Of a stretch of 64,000 nt of DNA, positions 9,544-19,437 are shown in pieces. The notes below the pieces were generated by a model. It did no database searches, was not told where the DNA came from, and was given only the letters and a program-made list of their open reading frames with translations. The translations under genes and the position numbers were made by a program. The first letter of the stretch is position 1. Every line of letters starts with the position of its first letter. The stretch spans positions 32,001-96,000 of the IMG/VR virus record IMGVR_UViG_3300033067_001757. One strand, 5' to 3'. The DNA is from a virus (taxonomy: Duplodnaviria > Caudoviricetes).

Positions 9544-9716
9544 GTTAAATGAGAATATTTTAAAGCGCCATAAACAGAGAATGCATAAAATGGAGTATTG
9601 ATGCACACACCAATCATTCCCCAATGTTCACCGCTCTGCCAGGCCATACAAAATGTTACCTGAATAAAAGTTAATATCCACATAGCAGCGTAACAATGTT
9701 TATATATCTTTCTCAC
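9540..9716 (-). CDS. small membrane protein (58 aa, GTG start)
   Basis: Hand translation with two hydrophobic stretches; 4-nt overlaps with both neighbours. Confidence 0.5.
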   Translation of the reverse strand: MRKIYKHCYAAMWILTFIQVTFCMAWQSGEHWGMIGVCINTPFYAFSVYGALKYSHLT

Positions 9717-10156
9717 GCTGAAGCATTATTTAAAAGTCCACAGGCTTGTAATGCAAGAGGAAATTGATCCTGGTTAAACTGCAATGCTGCATTTACATTG
9801 ATCTTATACTTGGCATCTTTAAAACGTTCCTTCTCATGTTCTTCCACAGCGATATGAGGAAAGAAGGCCCAGAACCAGTTGTCTTTTGAAGTACCATCAA
9901 CAGTGAGGACTCCTACACCTTCATTAGCGATATATTGAGGATACCATACCAGGCCATCTTCATCTTCGTGTTTCAGATCAATGTATAGCCGAGGAATGTT
10001 TTCTTCAAAGGATAAGAGTGTATCGGTACCTTTCATCAGATAGGTACTTGTTTCGAAACCACAAACCAGACATTTCCATGCCACGACATGATCATTCATG
10101 ATTTGGTAACAAACGGAGGCACCGCATTTTCGACATTTGCAAATTGAATCGGTCAT
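9713..10156 (-). CDS. zinc-ribbon protein
   Basis: CRKCG...C...CLVCGF. Confidence 0.7.
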   Translation of the reverse strand: MTDSICKCRKCGASVCYQIMNDHVVAWKCLVCGFETSTYLMKGTDTLLSFEENIPRLYIDLKHEDEDGLVWYPQYIANEGVGVLTVDGTSKDNWFWAFFPHIAVEEHEKERFKDAKYKINVNAALQFNQDQFPLALQACGLLNNASA

Positions 10157-10159
10157 ATA

Positions 10160-10405
10160 TTATTTGATGGTTTTTACTGAATCGATTATTGAGAAATGAT
10201 CTACATCATAAGAGAAGGCATTCTCATTACCATCTCGTAAACACTGTCCATGTAAATGGAGATTCTGATAATATTCAATTTTGATAGTATCATTTTTATA
10301 CTTCGTCGATGTAATGACTACAATTGCTGTTTTATTAGGATCTGAATCCGGTGGTAAACACGATGATAACAATAAGAATGAAAATAGAATGAGGAGTAGT
10401 TTCAT
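10160..10405 (-). CDS. putative lipoprotein
   Basis: Signal peptide MKLLLILFSFLLLSSC with lipobox Cys. Confidence 0.65.
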   Translation of the reverse strand: MKLLLILFSFLLLSSCLPPDSDPNKTAIVVITSTKYKNDTIKIEYYQNLHLHGQCLRDGNENAFSYDVDHFSIIDSVKTIK

Positions 10406-10414
10406 GGCTGAGAT

Positions 10415-10875
10415 TTAATCGTGATCGTATTCTTCAATATCGATAGTACCGTTCTTGGATACTGTTATCCTTACATGATCTCCGAATAACTCTTCGTAGA
10501 ATTCTTCTGGGATATCACTTAATACTTCTTTAAACTCTCCCAGAATTTTAACCTCATCCCAATCAATCACCTTTCCTTCAGTCGCAAGCTTTTCAAGATC
10601 ATCTGGATACTTTGTTCTCCAAGAATACCAATCCAGTTCATCCACATCAACACCATTCACATCAACATAATCGACATTTGTCCTGAACGTACATAAGTCA
10701 CCATCATTGAAATATGGTGTGTACTGTGTCCAGCTTATCGATTCTATCTTTTTAGATTTATCGAACAGTGGTTGTAACAAAGATGGAAACTCTGTTCTTA
10801 ACTGCTCAACTAATTGCTTCTTTTTTCATTGAATGCTGCAAGCTCAGCTTTGATTTTGTTTACTGTGTCTGACAT
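10415..10875 (-). CDS. conserved phage protein, split by a 1-nt indel in an A-run near 10821-10826
   Basis: ATG 10875 (MSDTVNKIKAELAAFNEK) joins KKQLVEQLRTEFPSLLQPLF after a frame change; WTQYTPYFNDG and EYDHD motifs. Confidence 0.7.
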
Positions 10876-10876
10876 A

Positions 10877-11101
10877 TTATTCTTCGATTGAGATTACTTT
10901 GTAAGGTTGTATAGGTTCATCGCTACCTTCTTCGCGGAACCATTTGTCATCTGCGCATTCTTTATTATTAGCATCTGCTACTACCTGGGCCTCTGCAGCG
11001 GTATCAAATAGTTTAGACTGAATAGTATACCCTTCGTCATCTGACTGACAATAGAAACAGTCATCATACTCCCAGCCTTCTTTTACGACTACGTATTTCA
11101 T
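10877..11101 (-). CDS. hypothetical protein
   Basis: 74-aa ORF, GWEYDD motif. Confidence 0.6.
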   Translation of the reverse strand: MKYVVVKEGWEYDDCFYCQSDDEGYTIQSKLFDTAAEAQVVADANNKECADDKWFREEGSDEPIQPYKVISIEE

Positions 11102-11119
11102 TATGTTGTATTTTATTGA

Positions 11120-11539
11120 TTAATCGAGTACTATATCGCGAGGATTTGTATACGCAATACTTTGTTCTTTTTTCTTGTACAATAACTCAGATGATGTCGG
11201 AGTACCCGACCGGGCATTCTGCATCCAGTCTTTCATCTCCATATGTTGGATGAAATCTTGTGGAGTCGGGATAAACTTCTGTCGGTAGTCTTCCAGGATA
11301 TGTTGTTCACATATATCTTTAACCGATACGATTTTACCATCACTGTTAGTCATCGTAACTCCGTAAATGGGAGTCATTACTTCCTGTATCCAAAACATCG
11401 TATGAGTGAGAACACGATGCCGGTTGTCTGGAAAATATCCTTTGCTGCAATCCATCTTTACATGGAGATGCAAGTAGTCTTCCATTTTACCACCGAACCT
11501 TTTTGCAGAAGAAATTGCGTGAATGTGGGGAGCGCTCAT
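11120..11539 (-). CDS. DUF6915-like protein
   Basis: HAISSAKRFGG...DNRHR...EQHILED...IPTPQD. Confidence 0.75.
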   Translation of the reverse strand: MSAPHIHAISSAKRFGGKMEDYLHLHVKMDCSKGYFPDNRHRVLTHTMFWIQEVMTPIYGVTMTNSDGKIVSVKDICEQHILEDYRQKFIPTPQDFIQHMEMKDWMQNARSGTPTSSELLYKKKEQSIAYTNPRDIVLD

Positions 11540-11564
11540 GACCTTTATTTTAATTTGTAGACCA

Positions 11565-11596
11565 CAAAATTAAGAGAACTTATTGAGTTCTCCAAA
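11565..11596 (-). promoter_or_regulatory. Bacteroidota sigma-70 promoter with palindromic spacer
   Basis: TTTG-N20-TAATTTTG; spacer holds GAGAACT-N5-AGTTCTC. Confidence 0.8.
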
Positions 11597-11601
11597 TATA
11601 T

Positions 11602-11919
11602 TTAGAGAAATCTGATAAATTTATTTGTGAGTGGCAGTTTAGGTCCATCTATCAGTTCTACGAGAACATCACCGTGGCAGGACTTGGGATGACAAAAACA
11701 TGCAAGCGTTTTATCTTTTAGTTCATATAAACTATTCATCAATTCTGGTTGGGTCACTATCCATTCACGGTACCTGGAGATAGCTTCTTCACGAGTACCT
11801 ACGATGAATTCTGCTAATGTTTCTTCGTCCTTAATATGAGAAAAGGGATTCCCCCACTTGGAAGGTCTCCCTATGTATACATCGTATCTGTCTTTCTTAA
11901 CGTGGACTACTTTAGTCAT
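11602..11919 (-). CDS. DUF4326 domain protein
   Basis: VYIGRPSKWGNPF...LACFCHPKSCHGDVL. Confidence 0.88.
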   Translation of the reverse strand: MTKVVHVKKDRYDVYIGRPSKWGNPFSHIKDEETLAEFIVGTREEAISRYREWIVTQPELMNSLYELKDKTLACFCHPKSCHGDVLVELIDGPKLPLTNKFIRFL

Positions 11920-12095
11920 CTGCGTTTTGGAAATTTATATCTACCTGATTCTAAACCGTGTAGTATTCTTTTTGCAGTACTAAGACAAGTTTTTAACTCT
12001 GATCTCAGTTCCAGTGGTGAATCCTTTATCCAACTCTTTATGCGTTTGACCTCGTTCCTTACAAAATCTATTTCTTCTTGTGCGTTATTTGCCAT
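11916..12095 (-). CDS. hypothetical protein (59 aa)
   Basis: Hand translation MANNAQEEIDFVRNEVKRIKSWIKDSPLE...; ATGA overlap with the next gene. Confidence 0.55.
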   Translation of the reverse strand: MANNAQEEIDFVRNEVKRIKSWIKDSPLELRSELKTCLSTAKRILHGLESGRYKFPKRR

Positions 12096-12097
12096 GA

Positions 12098-13405
12098 TTA
12101 TGTTGTTGGTAAAGAAATTGGCCGGGCCAACTTCGGAAGTTGTATTGATACCGGTCTGCTGATCACCGGAGTATACTTCTTTAATATAGTGTCAAGTTTC
12201 TCAGTCATCTTGTCAAGAGAGAAGTCTGTACGACAGCGATAACCCTGACGCTTTCCACGATCAATATAGTTCTTATAGTTCTCGTATACATCTTTCAATG
12301 CAATGCTGAGTTGATGAGGATCTGGTTTAAACCATTGAGCTTCTTTCAGTAAGAATTGGTTTGCTGCAGATGGGTGTACATTATGTAAAGCCCCACCGAC
12401 AAACACAGAAAAGTCTGGGAATAAGAAGTCTGTATGTCCTGACCAAGGACTACATATTATAATTTTCCCGGTAGCGGCGCTGAATTCAAGGAATGGTCTG
12501 CCGAATCCTTCTGATCCAACCAGTGCAAACGCTTTTACTTTGGGATGATTGTACAGCGAATTCATTTCCTCATCGGACAATTCTCCATGAATAAGATAAA
12601 TATTTGGAAGATCTCCGGTAACCTGCTTGCGAATCTTATCAATGCGATCAAGTAGTTGCTCTTCTTCTGTGATAGAATAACCACCGATACTTGTTTTGAG
12701 TATCAGCGCTGGTCGTACCTTTTTGTTCTTAAACGTTTCAAGAAACACTTTTATCAACGTAGTCAGTTGCTTTCTGTCTTCACCCTGATCACCAGGAAGT
12801 AAATGTCCAACTGAAAGGAAACAAAACTCTTCTTTTATAAAATCGATTGCTGGGAACAATGCTTCAGCATTATCAATTTTATGATAAACACTCGTGTCAA
12901 TTCCCTCAAACAGTACTTCGCAAGGTTTCGTTAGCTTCAGGTCAGCAACCTTCTGTTGAGTCCTGTTGTCTATCTGTTCAAACGTAGATGATTCGAATAC
13001 CTTCTTAGCATGTTCACTGGATACGATTACCAGGTCTGCGTTATTGGCACCCTGGATCAGTTCCGCTGGCATTATGGACGTTTCCACGCCGGCAGTAACG
13101 ATCAAATTTAGGTACTTTCCAACACGTTGCTGAGGCATCTCATTTGGTACTGAACACATGATGAAGATGTCTGGTTGCTCTGTGAGTTGAGGAATAGTCC
13201 TATCGATGATTGCTTTGTCTGCAGGGTTGGCCGGGTTGAGTGATCCAAATGGTGTTTGGCCCCAGCGCTGGCTCAAAACCTTGATGTCGTATTCTTCACC
13301 TTTGAGTTTGATCAACGATTTTAGAAAATCTTTCGAGCGAAATCCATACCCTGAAAATGTATCTTGACATCCCGAGAAAACCAATTTTACCTTGTTGTTA
13401 GTCAT
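12098..13405 (-). CDS. GT-B glycosyltransferase (GT4-like)
   Basis: SGYG...DRK...LYNHPKVKAF...EGFGRPFLEF...SGHTDF. Confidence 0.88.
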   Translation of the reverse strand: MTNNKVKLVFSGCQDTFSGYGFRSKDFLKSLIKLKGEEYDIKVLSQRWGQTPFGSLNPANPADKAIIDRTIPQLTEQPDIFIMCSVPNEMPQQRVGKYLNLIVTAGVETSIMPAELIQGANNADLVIVSSEHAKKVFESSTFEQIDNRTQQKVADLKLTKPCEVLFEGIDTSVYHKIDNAEALFPAIDFIKEEFCFLSVGHLLPGDQGEDRKQLTTLIKVFLETFKNKKVRPALILKTSIGGYSITEEEQLLDRIDKIRKQVTGDLPNIYLIHGELSDEEMNSLYNHPKVKAFALVGSEGFGRPFLEFSAATGKIIICSPWSGHTDFLFPDFSVFVGGALHNVHPSAANQFLLKEAQWFKPDPHQLSIALKDVYENYKNYIDRGKRQGYRCRTDFSLDKMTEKLDTILKKYTPVISRPVSIQLPKLARPISLPTT

Positions 13406-13415
13406 GTTATAATTA

Positions 13416-14219
13416 TCAATAATTAATGAAATAATCGTCTATCACTTTAATATACTTTGGTGGTATATTGTTATAAGTCCACACGGCTTTCGGATGATTA
13501 GGATCGTCGAAAAGTTTTATCTTATCACGTAGTGATTTATAATCTATCTGAAGAATTTTATATTCCTTTATTCTCTCTTGTACCGCAGGTGCTTCCTTAT
13601 CATAAAGTGATTCAATCTCCGAATTCAAATCTTGGTTATCTACAAATAGATAAATACGTCCTGGATGAGCAGCAATTTTAGAAGCACTCTTAGGCGTCAA
13701 GCCTTTTAGACCAATTCTTGTAAATCTCAAGTCGGGAGATACATGATATAAATAATCTCCTTTAAAATCTATCTCAACATCATATTTAGCCTCATACTTT
13801 AATTCAATGTCTTTCCCGGATACAACATTCTTTTTAAGATTCTCAGCATTGTATTTATTGAAATCTTTTATATACGCAGGGTACCATCCAAAAGAATCCA
13901 TGTACTTGTTAATATCGGATATATTAGTCTGCTGTAAATTATCAAAAACTATACTGAGCGCATTTACATTAGGATCACCTTCAAACGCTTTTTTATAATC
14001 TCCGTTAAATCTCTTCTTCAATTCTGATAGAGTTTTGTCTTTGGATATGGTTTGTGTTACAAACTCCAATAACATTTGCTCATCACAGTATCCTCTATAA
14101 TATTCGTATATAAAATTTTCAGATAAACCTTTCAGCTTAGGGTATTCATCTACTATAGTATCAATGTCTACCAGGTAGGCCGGGTGAACCGTTTCTTCTA
14201 AAATTTTATTTAGACTCAT
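13416..14219 (-). CDS. protein with a C-terminal ADP-ribosyltransferase/Tpt1-like domain
   Basis: YLYHVS...I..KGLTPK...RIYL...ILQID...NIPPKYI; N-terminal MSLNKILEE leader. Confidence 0.55.
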   Translation of the reverse strand: MSLNKILEETVHPAYLVDIDTIVDEYPKLKGLSENFIYEYYRGYCDEQMLLEFVTQTISKDKTLSELKKRFNGDYKKAFEGDPNVNALSIVFDNLQQTNISDINKYMDSFGWYPAYIKDFNKYNAENLKKNVVSGKDIELKYEAKYDVEIDFKGDYLYHVSPDLRFTRIGLKGLTPKSASKIAAHPGRIYLFVDNQDLNSEIESLYDKEAPAVQERIKEYKILQIDYKSLRDKIKLFDDPNHPKAVWTYNNIPPKYIKVIDDYFINY

Positions 14220-14742
14220 ATGATATTGTAAATTCTACGTTATAGGGATATGAGGATGTTGTTACCGTTCCACTATGATATTTATTGTCTTTCATTTCGA
14301 CCCGGTTCATTTGACTTATGATATCTTCACTCAATCTTTCACATATTTGTTCTTCAACTGAGATACCCCCATACCACTCTTCTCTCCTGTTCGTCGCTTT
14401 ATTAAAAGCTTTCAGTGTATCAGTCAGATATTTGGCCAGAATGAAATCCGGGGTATCACTATCATTCTCTTTGCTGTACTGATTGATGAGTGTGGTCAGT
14501 GCTTGTTTGAATGGTGGTCTTGGTTGAATGTCTTCCTCACATTTTTGTTCTTTGACTGATATAGTATTCAAAATATTCACACCTTCTTTCCAAAATCTAT
14601 CAATAGCTTTTTGACATTCTATTTCTACACCAGATTGTTTTTCCGGTAACGGTAAATACTTCTGATTGCAAAGACAATTAAGCAGATGCTCAAAGTTGCC
14701 CTTTGAAATAATAACGTCGTTTCCTTCAATTCTTCCTTTCAT
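14206..14742 (-). CDS. hypothetical protein
   Basis: INQYSKENDSDTPDFILAKYL...REEWYG pattern common in phages. Confidence 0.65.
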   Translation of the reverse strand: MKGRIEGNDVIISKGNFEHLLNCLCNQKYLPLPEKQSGVEIECQKAIDRFWKEGVNILNTISVKEQKCEEDIQPRPPFKQALTTLINQYSKENDSDTPDFILAKYLTDTLKAFNKATNRREEWYGGISVEEQICERLSEDIISQMNRVEMKDNKYHSGTVTTSSYPYNVEFTISYESK

Positions 14743-14744
14743 AA

Positions 14745-15026
14745 TTATTCCTTTACAGTTTTAAGTTTAAACACTACCGGTATCTGTCCGCCGGTTACCA
14801 GGTCGTACTCTGGAAAATGTTTCGGTTTGATCTGTCTCAGTTCCATATTACCTGAAACCTTCATCAACATTTTACTATTGAATGGTGATTTGAAAGCATA
14901 ATCTGGAAGATCATAGTCTTCGTCCAATTCGTCATCGTGAAGCTTTATCATTTCGAGTGCGTACACGAAAGATCGATTTGGTTTACGACGTGATAATTGT
15001 TCTGTGAAATCTTGTATTGTGATCAT
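14745..15026 (-). CDS. hypothetical protein
   Basis: 93-aa packed ORF. Confidence 0.6.
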   Translation of the reverse strand: MITIQDFTEQLSRRKPNRSFVYALEMIKLHDDELDEDYDLPDYAFKSPFNSKMLMKVSGNMELRQIKPKHFPEYDLVTGGQIPVVFKLKTVKE

Positions 15027-15029
15027 AAA

Positions 15030-16493
15030 TTAATAGCTTATTGGATGTGATAAATATTTTAGGGACCTGGGCTCTATTTTACGAACTGTGTATCGTTCTC
15101 TTACTGATGTGTCTGATAGAATATCTTCGATGCTTTCCACTACGTTCTTACACATAGCTTCTTCACTCATCATTGATTCATCGGACATTACCCAGTCTCG
15201 TCCGGATTGCCCTCTGTTTTCACGTTGTTCTTGTGTCATAGAGTAAACTTCATATATCTTCACTGCGGCTTCTGAGAAACTTGCTCGGTCATCTGTGATA
15301 TATGGTGTTGGAACGCTTCCCTGAATGCTTATGTTGGAAGGGAATACAGGTAAGAACCATTCACCACACTTCCTGTATCGGCCCAAATGATTGGTTGAAA
15401 ACTTCTCGTTGAAGGTTATCCAGCGACCGTTATGATCTTCAAACCTGGCCTGGTCTTGTATACCACCGGTTACATTTCCTACAACGGGAGTTCCCGCCAT
15501 GATTGATTCTAATATACTGAGGCCAAACCCTTCATTGCTGCTTAAAAGTATCGTGGCGTCGAACATGTTGTATAAGAAATTCATGTACTCTACCGGAGCC
15601 CGTAGATCAGAGAAGATGATCTGGTCTTGTTTATCACCGAATAACATCTCCCGTACCGCATATAAATCGGTGCCGTTATCATCTACTGGTTGAGTATGCA
15701 GAACGAATGCACATCGTGCGGTCTGTTCCGGGGTCAGCATATCGAGAAACGTTTTAAAAGCAAGTAATGTATCGGGAATACTCTTGCGTCGAATGTTGCG
15801 GCTATTAAAGCCCAAAACAAAGTCATACTCTTTTCCCTTTAGTATATCGTGACGGAATTTTAGTAAGTCCGGATACTGAGGATGATTAGAGTTTATCGGA
15901 TAGAATTGGTTAGGGTTTACACCGTGTGGTATGTACCGGATATATTTAGAATCCGCGTACTTACCAAGCGCAATTTTTACCAAAGATTCAGTTTGACGGG
16001 AAATACATAACAGTCCATCACATGATCTGTAGGCCGGAGTATTGTATAATGGTGCCGGTTCATCATCCCAAATTGTAAGGTACACAAGCTTCACAGGATT
16101 ACGTCCAGGGCCACCAGTTCTCAATTCATGTTCCGATCTAAATAACCAATCGTAATACCTGGGATCAGTAATGAAGAATATTGCTTCTATCTTCTCATGT
16201 TTAACGATCTCTCTGACAAATTCTATATTACCATAACCGTTGAATGGGAACATAACCACGTTAGCATCTGTCATGTTCAATAACTTATTCGTATCACCAC
16301 ACATATCGAGTCGTTTACCGGCATCGGGATGGTTTACACCACCACCAATTATCGTCCAGTTAAATCTGTGTGCTGATCCTAATACGATAGTGCGACCCAT
16401 AAAGCCAACCCCCGTACTGAACCTTATATCGTCACATATAAGCAATACATTTTTCCTTTGCTCTTTTGGCAAATATCCTTCCTGTTGATTCAT
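15030..16493 (-). CDS. GT-B glycosyltransferase (GT4-like)
   Basis: DDIR.STGV, IPHGVN, RNIRRK, SNEGFGLSILES...TGGIQDQ. Confidence 0.9.
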   Translation of the reverse strand: MNQQEGYLPKEQRKNVLLICDDIRFSTGVGFMGRTIVLGSAHRFNWTIIGGGVNHPDAGKRLDMCGDTNKLLNMTDANVVMFPFNGYGNIEFVREIVKHEKIEAIFFITDPRYYDWLFRSEHELRTGGPGRNPVKLVYLTIWDDEPAPLYNTPAYRSCDGLLCISRQTESLVKIALGKYADSKYIRYIPHGVNPNQFYPINSNHPQYPDLLKFRHDILKGKEYDFVLGFNSRNIRRKSIPDTLLAFKTFLDMLTPEQTARCAFVLHTQPVDDNGTDLYAVREMLFGDKQDQIIFSDLRAPVEYMNFLYNMFDATILLSSNEGFGLSILESIMAGTPVVGNVTGGIQDQARFEDHNGRWITFNEKFSTNHLGRYRKCGEWFLPVFPSNISIQGSVPTPYITDDRASFSEAAVKIYEVYSMTQEQRENRGQSGRDWVMSDESMMSEEAMCKNVVESIEDILSDTSVRERYTVRKIEPRSLKYLSHPISY

Positions 16494-16517
16494 ATATTTA
16501 TTCTATTGTGTCTGAGA

Positions 16518-16748
16518 TTATTTCCTACTGAATATATTGTCAAGTATCAGATATATCCATACGACAATTAATCCGGTATTAACCAGTGGTGCCAGACATA
16601 TGATGTTGATCATTTTATCGGCGCTGATACCGGTACCTTCCATTGATTCCATAAACTCGATCTTCATTGCCGGGTTACTATTAAACCCGAGTTTAGTAAC
16701 ACCTTTGCATATTAATGCGCTTGCGAGATATATAAGTAGAAATATCAT
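16518..16748 (-). CDS. small membrane protein
   Basis: Two hydrophobic segments; AATAAAGGTTATG start context. Confidence 0.65.
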   Translation of the reverse strand: MIFLLIYLASALICKGVTKLGFNSNPAMKIEFMESMEGTGISADKMINIICLAPLVNTGLIVVWIYLILDNIFSRK

Positions 16749-16771
16749 AACCTTTATTTTGTTGATAGATG

Positions 16772-16966
16772 TTATAGTGAGCCGCTGCTCATAAGTACGT
16801 TGTAGCCGAGTATCTGATCTCTGAAATCAGGGTTGTTTACGAACAGATGCATACTGCGATTTACCAATTGCTGTAACGTGAATTTTCGTATCAATGCATC
16901 CATTTTGAAATGTTCCTGGATATCTGGATGTAATTTTACGCTGGTGAGTCTAAGGTCTGAATTCAT
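16772..16966 (-). CDS. small putative DNA-binding (ribbon-helix-helix-like) protein
   Basis: LTSVKL...FK...KFTLQQLVNRSMHLF; start moved to MNSDLR, downstream of the GATATTTATATA motif at 16983-16994. Confidence 0.55.
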   Translation of the reverse strand: MNSDLRLTSVKLHPDIQEHFKMDALIRKFTLQQLVNRSMHLFVNNPDFRDQILGYNVLMSSGSL

Positions 16967-17017
16967 AATGATTATATATGTATATATAAATATCATGATG
17001 GAGACTAAAACGATAAA

Positions 17018-17950
17018 TTATTTTCTCTTGTTACAGTTTACGGGGTCCAGATCGTATGGACAGAATTTACATACCTTACCAGGGTTCTTTGGATAATCTT
17101 TGTGGATTATTTTTCCATCCCATTCATGTGTAGCATGAATAAACTTTGTAAGCATGTTAGTAGCCTGAAGCATCTTATTCTTACCCTGAGCCGGTATGTG
17201 TGTATTGACTCTGGACTGTTTATATTGAGAGTTCTCCCATAGCTTCCTTTTCAGTATCATGAAAGATACTTCGATATCGTCTTCGGGTATATCAAACTGT
17301 TTGGACAGATATTTCTTGTATAAAAGACCCTGGGCCATCTTTACCTCATCTTTCTTTTGATAATCACCCCAACCCTTACCACTCGTTTTGAAATCGGGAA
17401 CACGTATGGTCTTGCTTACTTTATCCCGAAATGCTATGTCGATGAATCCTTTAAAATAAAATGTATCGTTACCTTCCAGCGCCGGTACCATCAATGGGAT
17501 TTCAATACCCAGCAGTTCTTCGTTTACATGGTCAAACAGATATTTTCTATTCTGCTTTATATACTTCATGATCTCACAACCATCCAGGTAGTATTCATTG
17601 AGTAACTCAGCAGTACTGAAGTCCTGGTTATCATTCTTTTCAAATTCAATATTGTAGTTGGCCAGCAAACGTTCCTTTAGGAATTCATATACTTTAAATT
17701 CCTCGGATGCTTTGACTGAATCGTTGAACAACAGTTCTAAATATTTCTGCAGAGTCTCATGCATAGCTGTGCCGAATACGGTATCGATTGTACTGGTAAA
17801 TGGAAAGAGTTCTTTACCATAAGTCAGGTACCATCTGTGTGGACACTGTTCATATACGCTAAGCTGAGTGAATGATATCTTCTTAGCTTTTTCGGGTGCT
17901 TCGCGTACAAAAGATTGAATATGCTGAGATAGACTTGAATGATTCTTCAT
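17018..17950 (-). CDS. PD-(D/E)XK nuclease (RecB/Cas4-like)
   Basis: ISFTQL...CP, FGTAMHE, GFID...DFKTS, C-terminal CKFCPY...C. Confidence 0.88.
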   Translation of the reverse strand: MKNHSSLSQHIQSFVREAPEKAKKISFTQLSVYEQCPHRWYLTYGKELFPFTSTIDTVFGTAMHETLQKYLELLFNDSVKASEEFKVYEFLKERLLANYNIEFEKNDNQDFSTAELLNEYYLDGCEIMKYIKQNRKYLFDHVNEELLGIEIPLMVPALEGNDTFYFKGFIDIAFRDKVSKTIRVPDFKTSGKGWGDYQKKDEVKMAQGLLYKKYLSKQFDIPEDDIEVSFMILKRKLWENSQYKQSRVNTHIPAQGKNKMLQATNMLTKFIHATHEWDGKIIHKDYPKNPGKVCKFCPYDLDPVNCNKRK

Positions 17951-18210
17951 TATATGATTTTATCCTTCGGTGGATTGTTTACTTCGTTACGGATGATACT
18001 GGTGAGTTCTTTCTTTTGTTCGTAGGTAAATGAAGATTCTTCCTTGGGACGAAGACGTTTCAGTTGAAATAATATTACTATAACAAAGATCATCATTGAA
18101 TCTTCAAATCCTAAGAAATGAACGCATACCCAAAGTGTAAAAAAGCCTTGGATACAATCCCATATGAATGACCAGTCATCCCTGCGTATACCGAATATTT
18201 TTCTTCTCAT
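17950..18210 (-). CDS. membrane protein
   Basis: Two hydrophobic segments in 86 aa. Confidence 0.6.
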   Translation of the reverse strand: MRRKIFGIRRDDWSFIWDCIQGFFTLWVCVHFLGFEDSMMIFVIVILFQLKRLRPKEESSFTYEQKKELTSIIRNEVNNPPKDKII

Positions 18211-18586
18211 TAATAATCATTGTTAGAACCTATTTCCACGAAATCGACAGACTCGGAATAGTATCCATTTGATTCCCCCTAACCAGCGTATGGTAACATA
18301 GCCTTTAACAGTGGCCAGTTTATAAAATGTCCAGGTAAAACTGTCGCTATATTCATTTGGCTTATCAATACCATTAGTACTTTCTTCCGCCTGAGTTATC
18401 GGTGAACCAATCAAGTCTTGTAAGTCACCATCGATGTCTTCAATAGAAACAGATTCACAGCAATCTTGACTATGATACATTCGATATTGAACCCCCTGAC
18501 TGTAAAGTAAAAATCAGTTCATCATTATTAACCTTATCAATGTTTGTTATGATCTCATTTAAGAGAACGGAAATTTGTGTATTCAT
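18211..18586 (-). CDS. conserved phage protein, interrupted by two G-run indels
   Basis: Removing one G at ~18492-18496 and one at ~18275-18279 gives MNTQISVLL...[17 protein letters not shown]...WTFY...[17 protein letters not shown], a recognisable phage family. Confidence 0.7.
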
Positions 18587-18596
18587 AAAATATGGA

Positions 18597-18794
18597 TTAG
18601 TCAATTGAATTTAATATAGACTCAAGCTCACCGGACAACATATCGATCTTCATTAACAGATGATCACATTGCTGTGCAGCAGTTTCATCGTCGTAAACGT
18701 TAGTCGTTTCGATTAGTATAGATAACGCCTGCTCAGCTTGTTCAAGCTCTACCTGGCAGTCCTTCAGCCGTATGTTTATAGCATCATCAATCAT
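18597..18794 (-). CDS. small coiled-coil protein
   Basis: 65-aa ORF with heptad pattern. Confidence 0.55.
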   Translation of the reverse strand: MIDDAINIRLKDCQVELEQAEQALSILIETTNVYDDETAAQQCDHLLMKIDMLSGELESILNSID

Positions 18795-19201
18795 TTCATC
18801 AGTTTTTTGATTTCTTTCTCATTGTATCCATATGCTGATAGAATATTACTGATAGCATCGGGAGATAGAATGCTGCAATATTGAATTGCTTCACGTTGAG
18901 AAACAGAATAATGTTTGGAGATTATTGCGTGTAGATCCTGTCTGGCATCTTTCTTGCTCGCTTTGAGATACTGTGAGAAGTAGTTTCCTTTTGGAAGAAT
19001 ACTGAAGTAGATCGAATATAGTTGTTCAGGAGGAAGTTTAGAATGCTTCTGAACGTGATTAACCAACTCGATCCACTCCGGATTCATAGAAAGTATACGA
19101 TTAGTCATGTAAGGACTAAAAGACTTCCGTTCCGCAGGCGTAAAAGATGCCCATGGAATTTTGTGAGAAGTGAGACTTTTGACGAATTCAAAAGGACTCA
19201 T
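18791..19201 (-). CDS. clamp loader small subunit (T4 gp62-like)
   Basis: SPFEFVKSL...FSPYMTNRILSM...YLK; lies near the gp44 homolog. Confidence 0.8.
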   Translation of the reverse strand: MSPFEFVKSLTSHKIPWASFTPAERKSFSPYMTNRILSMNPEWIELVNHVQKHSKLPPEQLYSIYFSILPKGNYFSQYLKASKKDARQDLHAIISKHYSVSQREAIQYCSILSPDAISNILSAYGYNEKEIKKLMK

Positions 19202-19437
19202 TACTCGATTACCTCCGCGTAAGTTGTACGTAGTTCAATTGGTATGAACTCTGCGTTTACGTGGTTACATTTCAGACAGGGAAATACCGGTATTGGCATT
19301 AACCCGTCCTGGCTGTCGCCGGTAATGAACTTCGACACTTTACGAAGCAGTGCTGCTGATGTAAAAGTATCATTTCCACATTCTTCACACACTACTCCGG
19401 ATGTCTTGTCCAGAGGGACATTAATTTGCTGACTCAT
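19201..19437 (-). CDS. zinc-finger protein
   Basis: CEECG...CLKCNHVN. Confidence 0.75.
   Translation of the reverse strand: MSQQINVPLDKTSGVVCEECGNDTFTSAALLRKVSKFITGDSQDGLMPIPVFPCLKCNHVNAEFIPIELRTTYAEVIE

Noticed and set aside
10821-10826. Programmed -1 frameshift at the A-run
   Set aside because: No in-frame X XXY YYZ heptamer, and similar homopolymer indels elsewhere point to sequencing error
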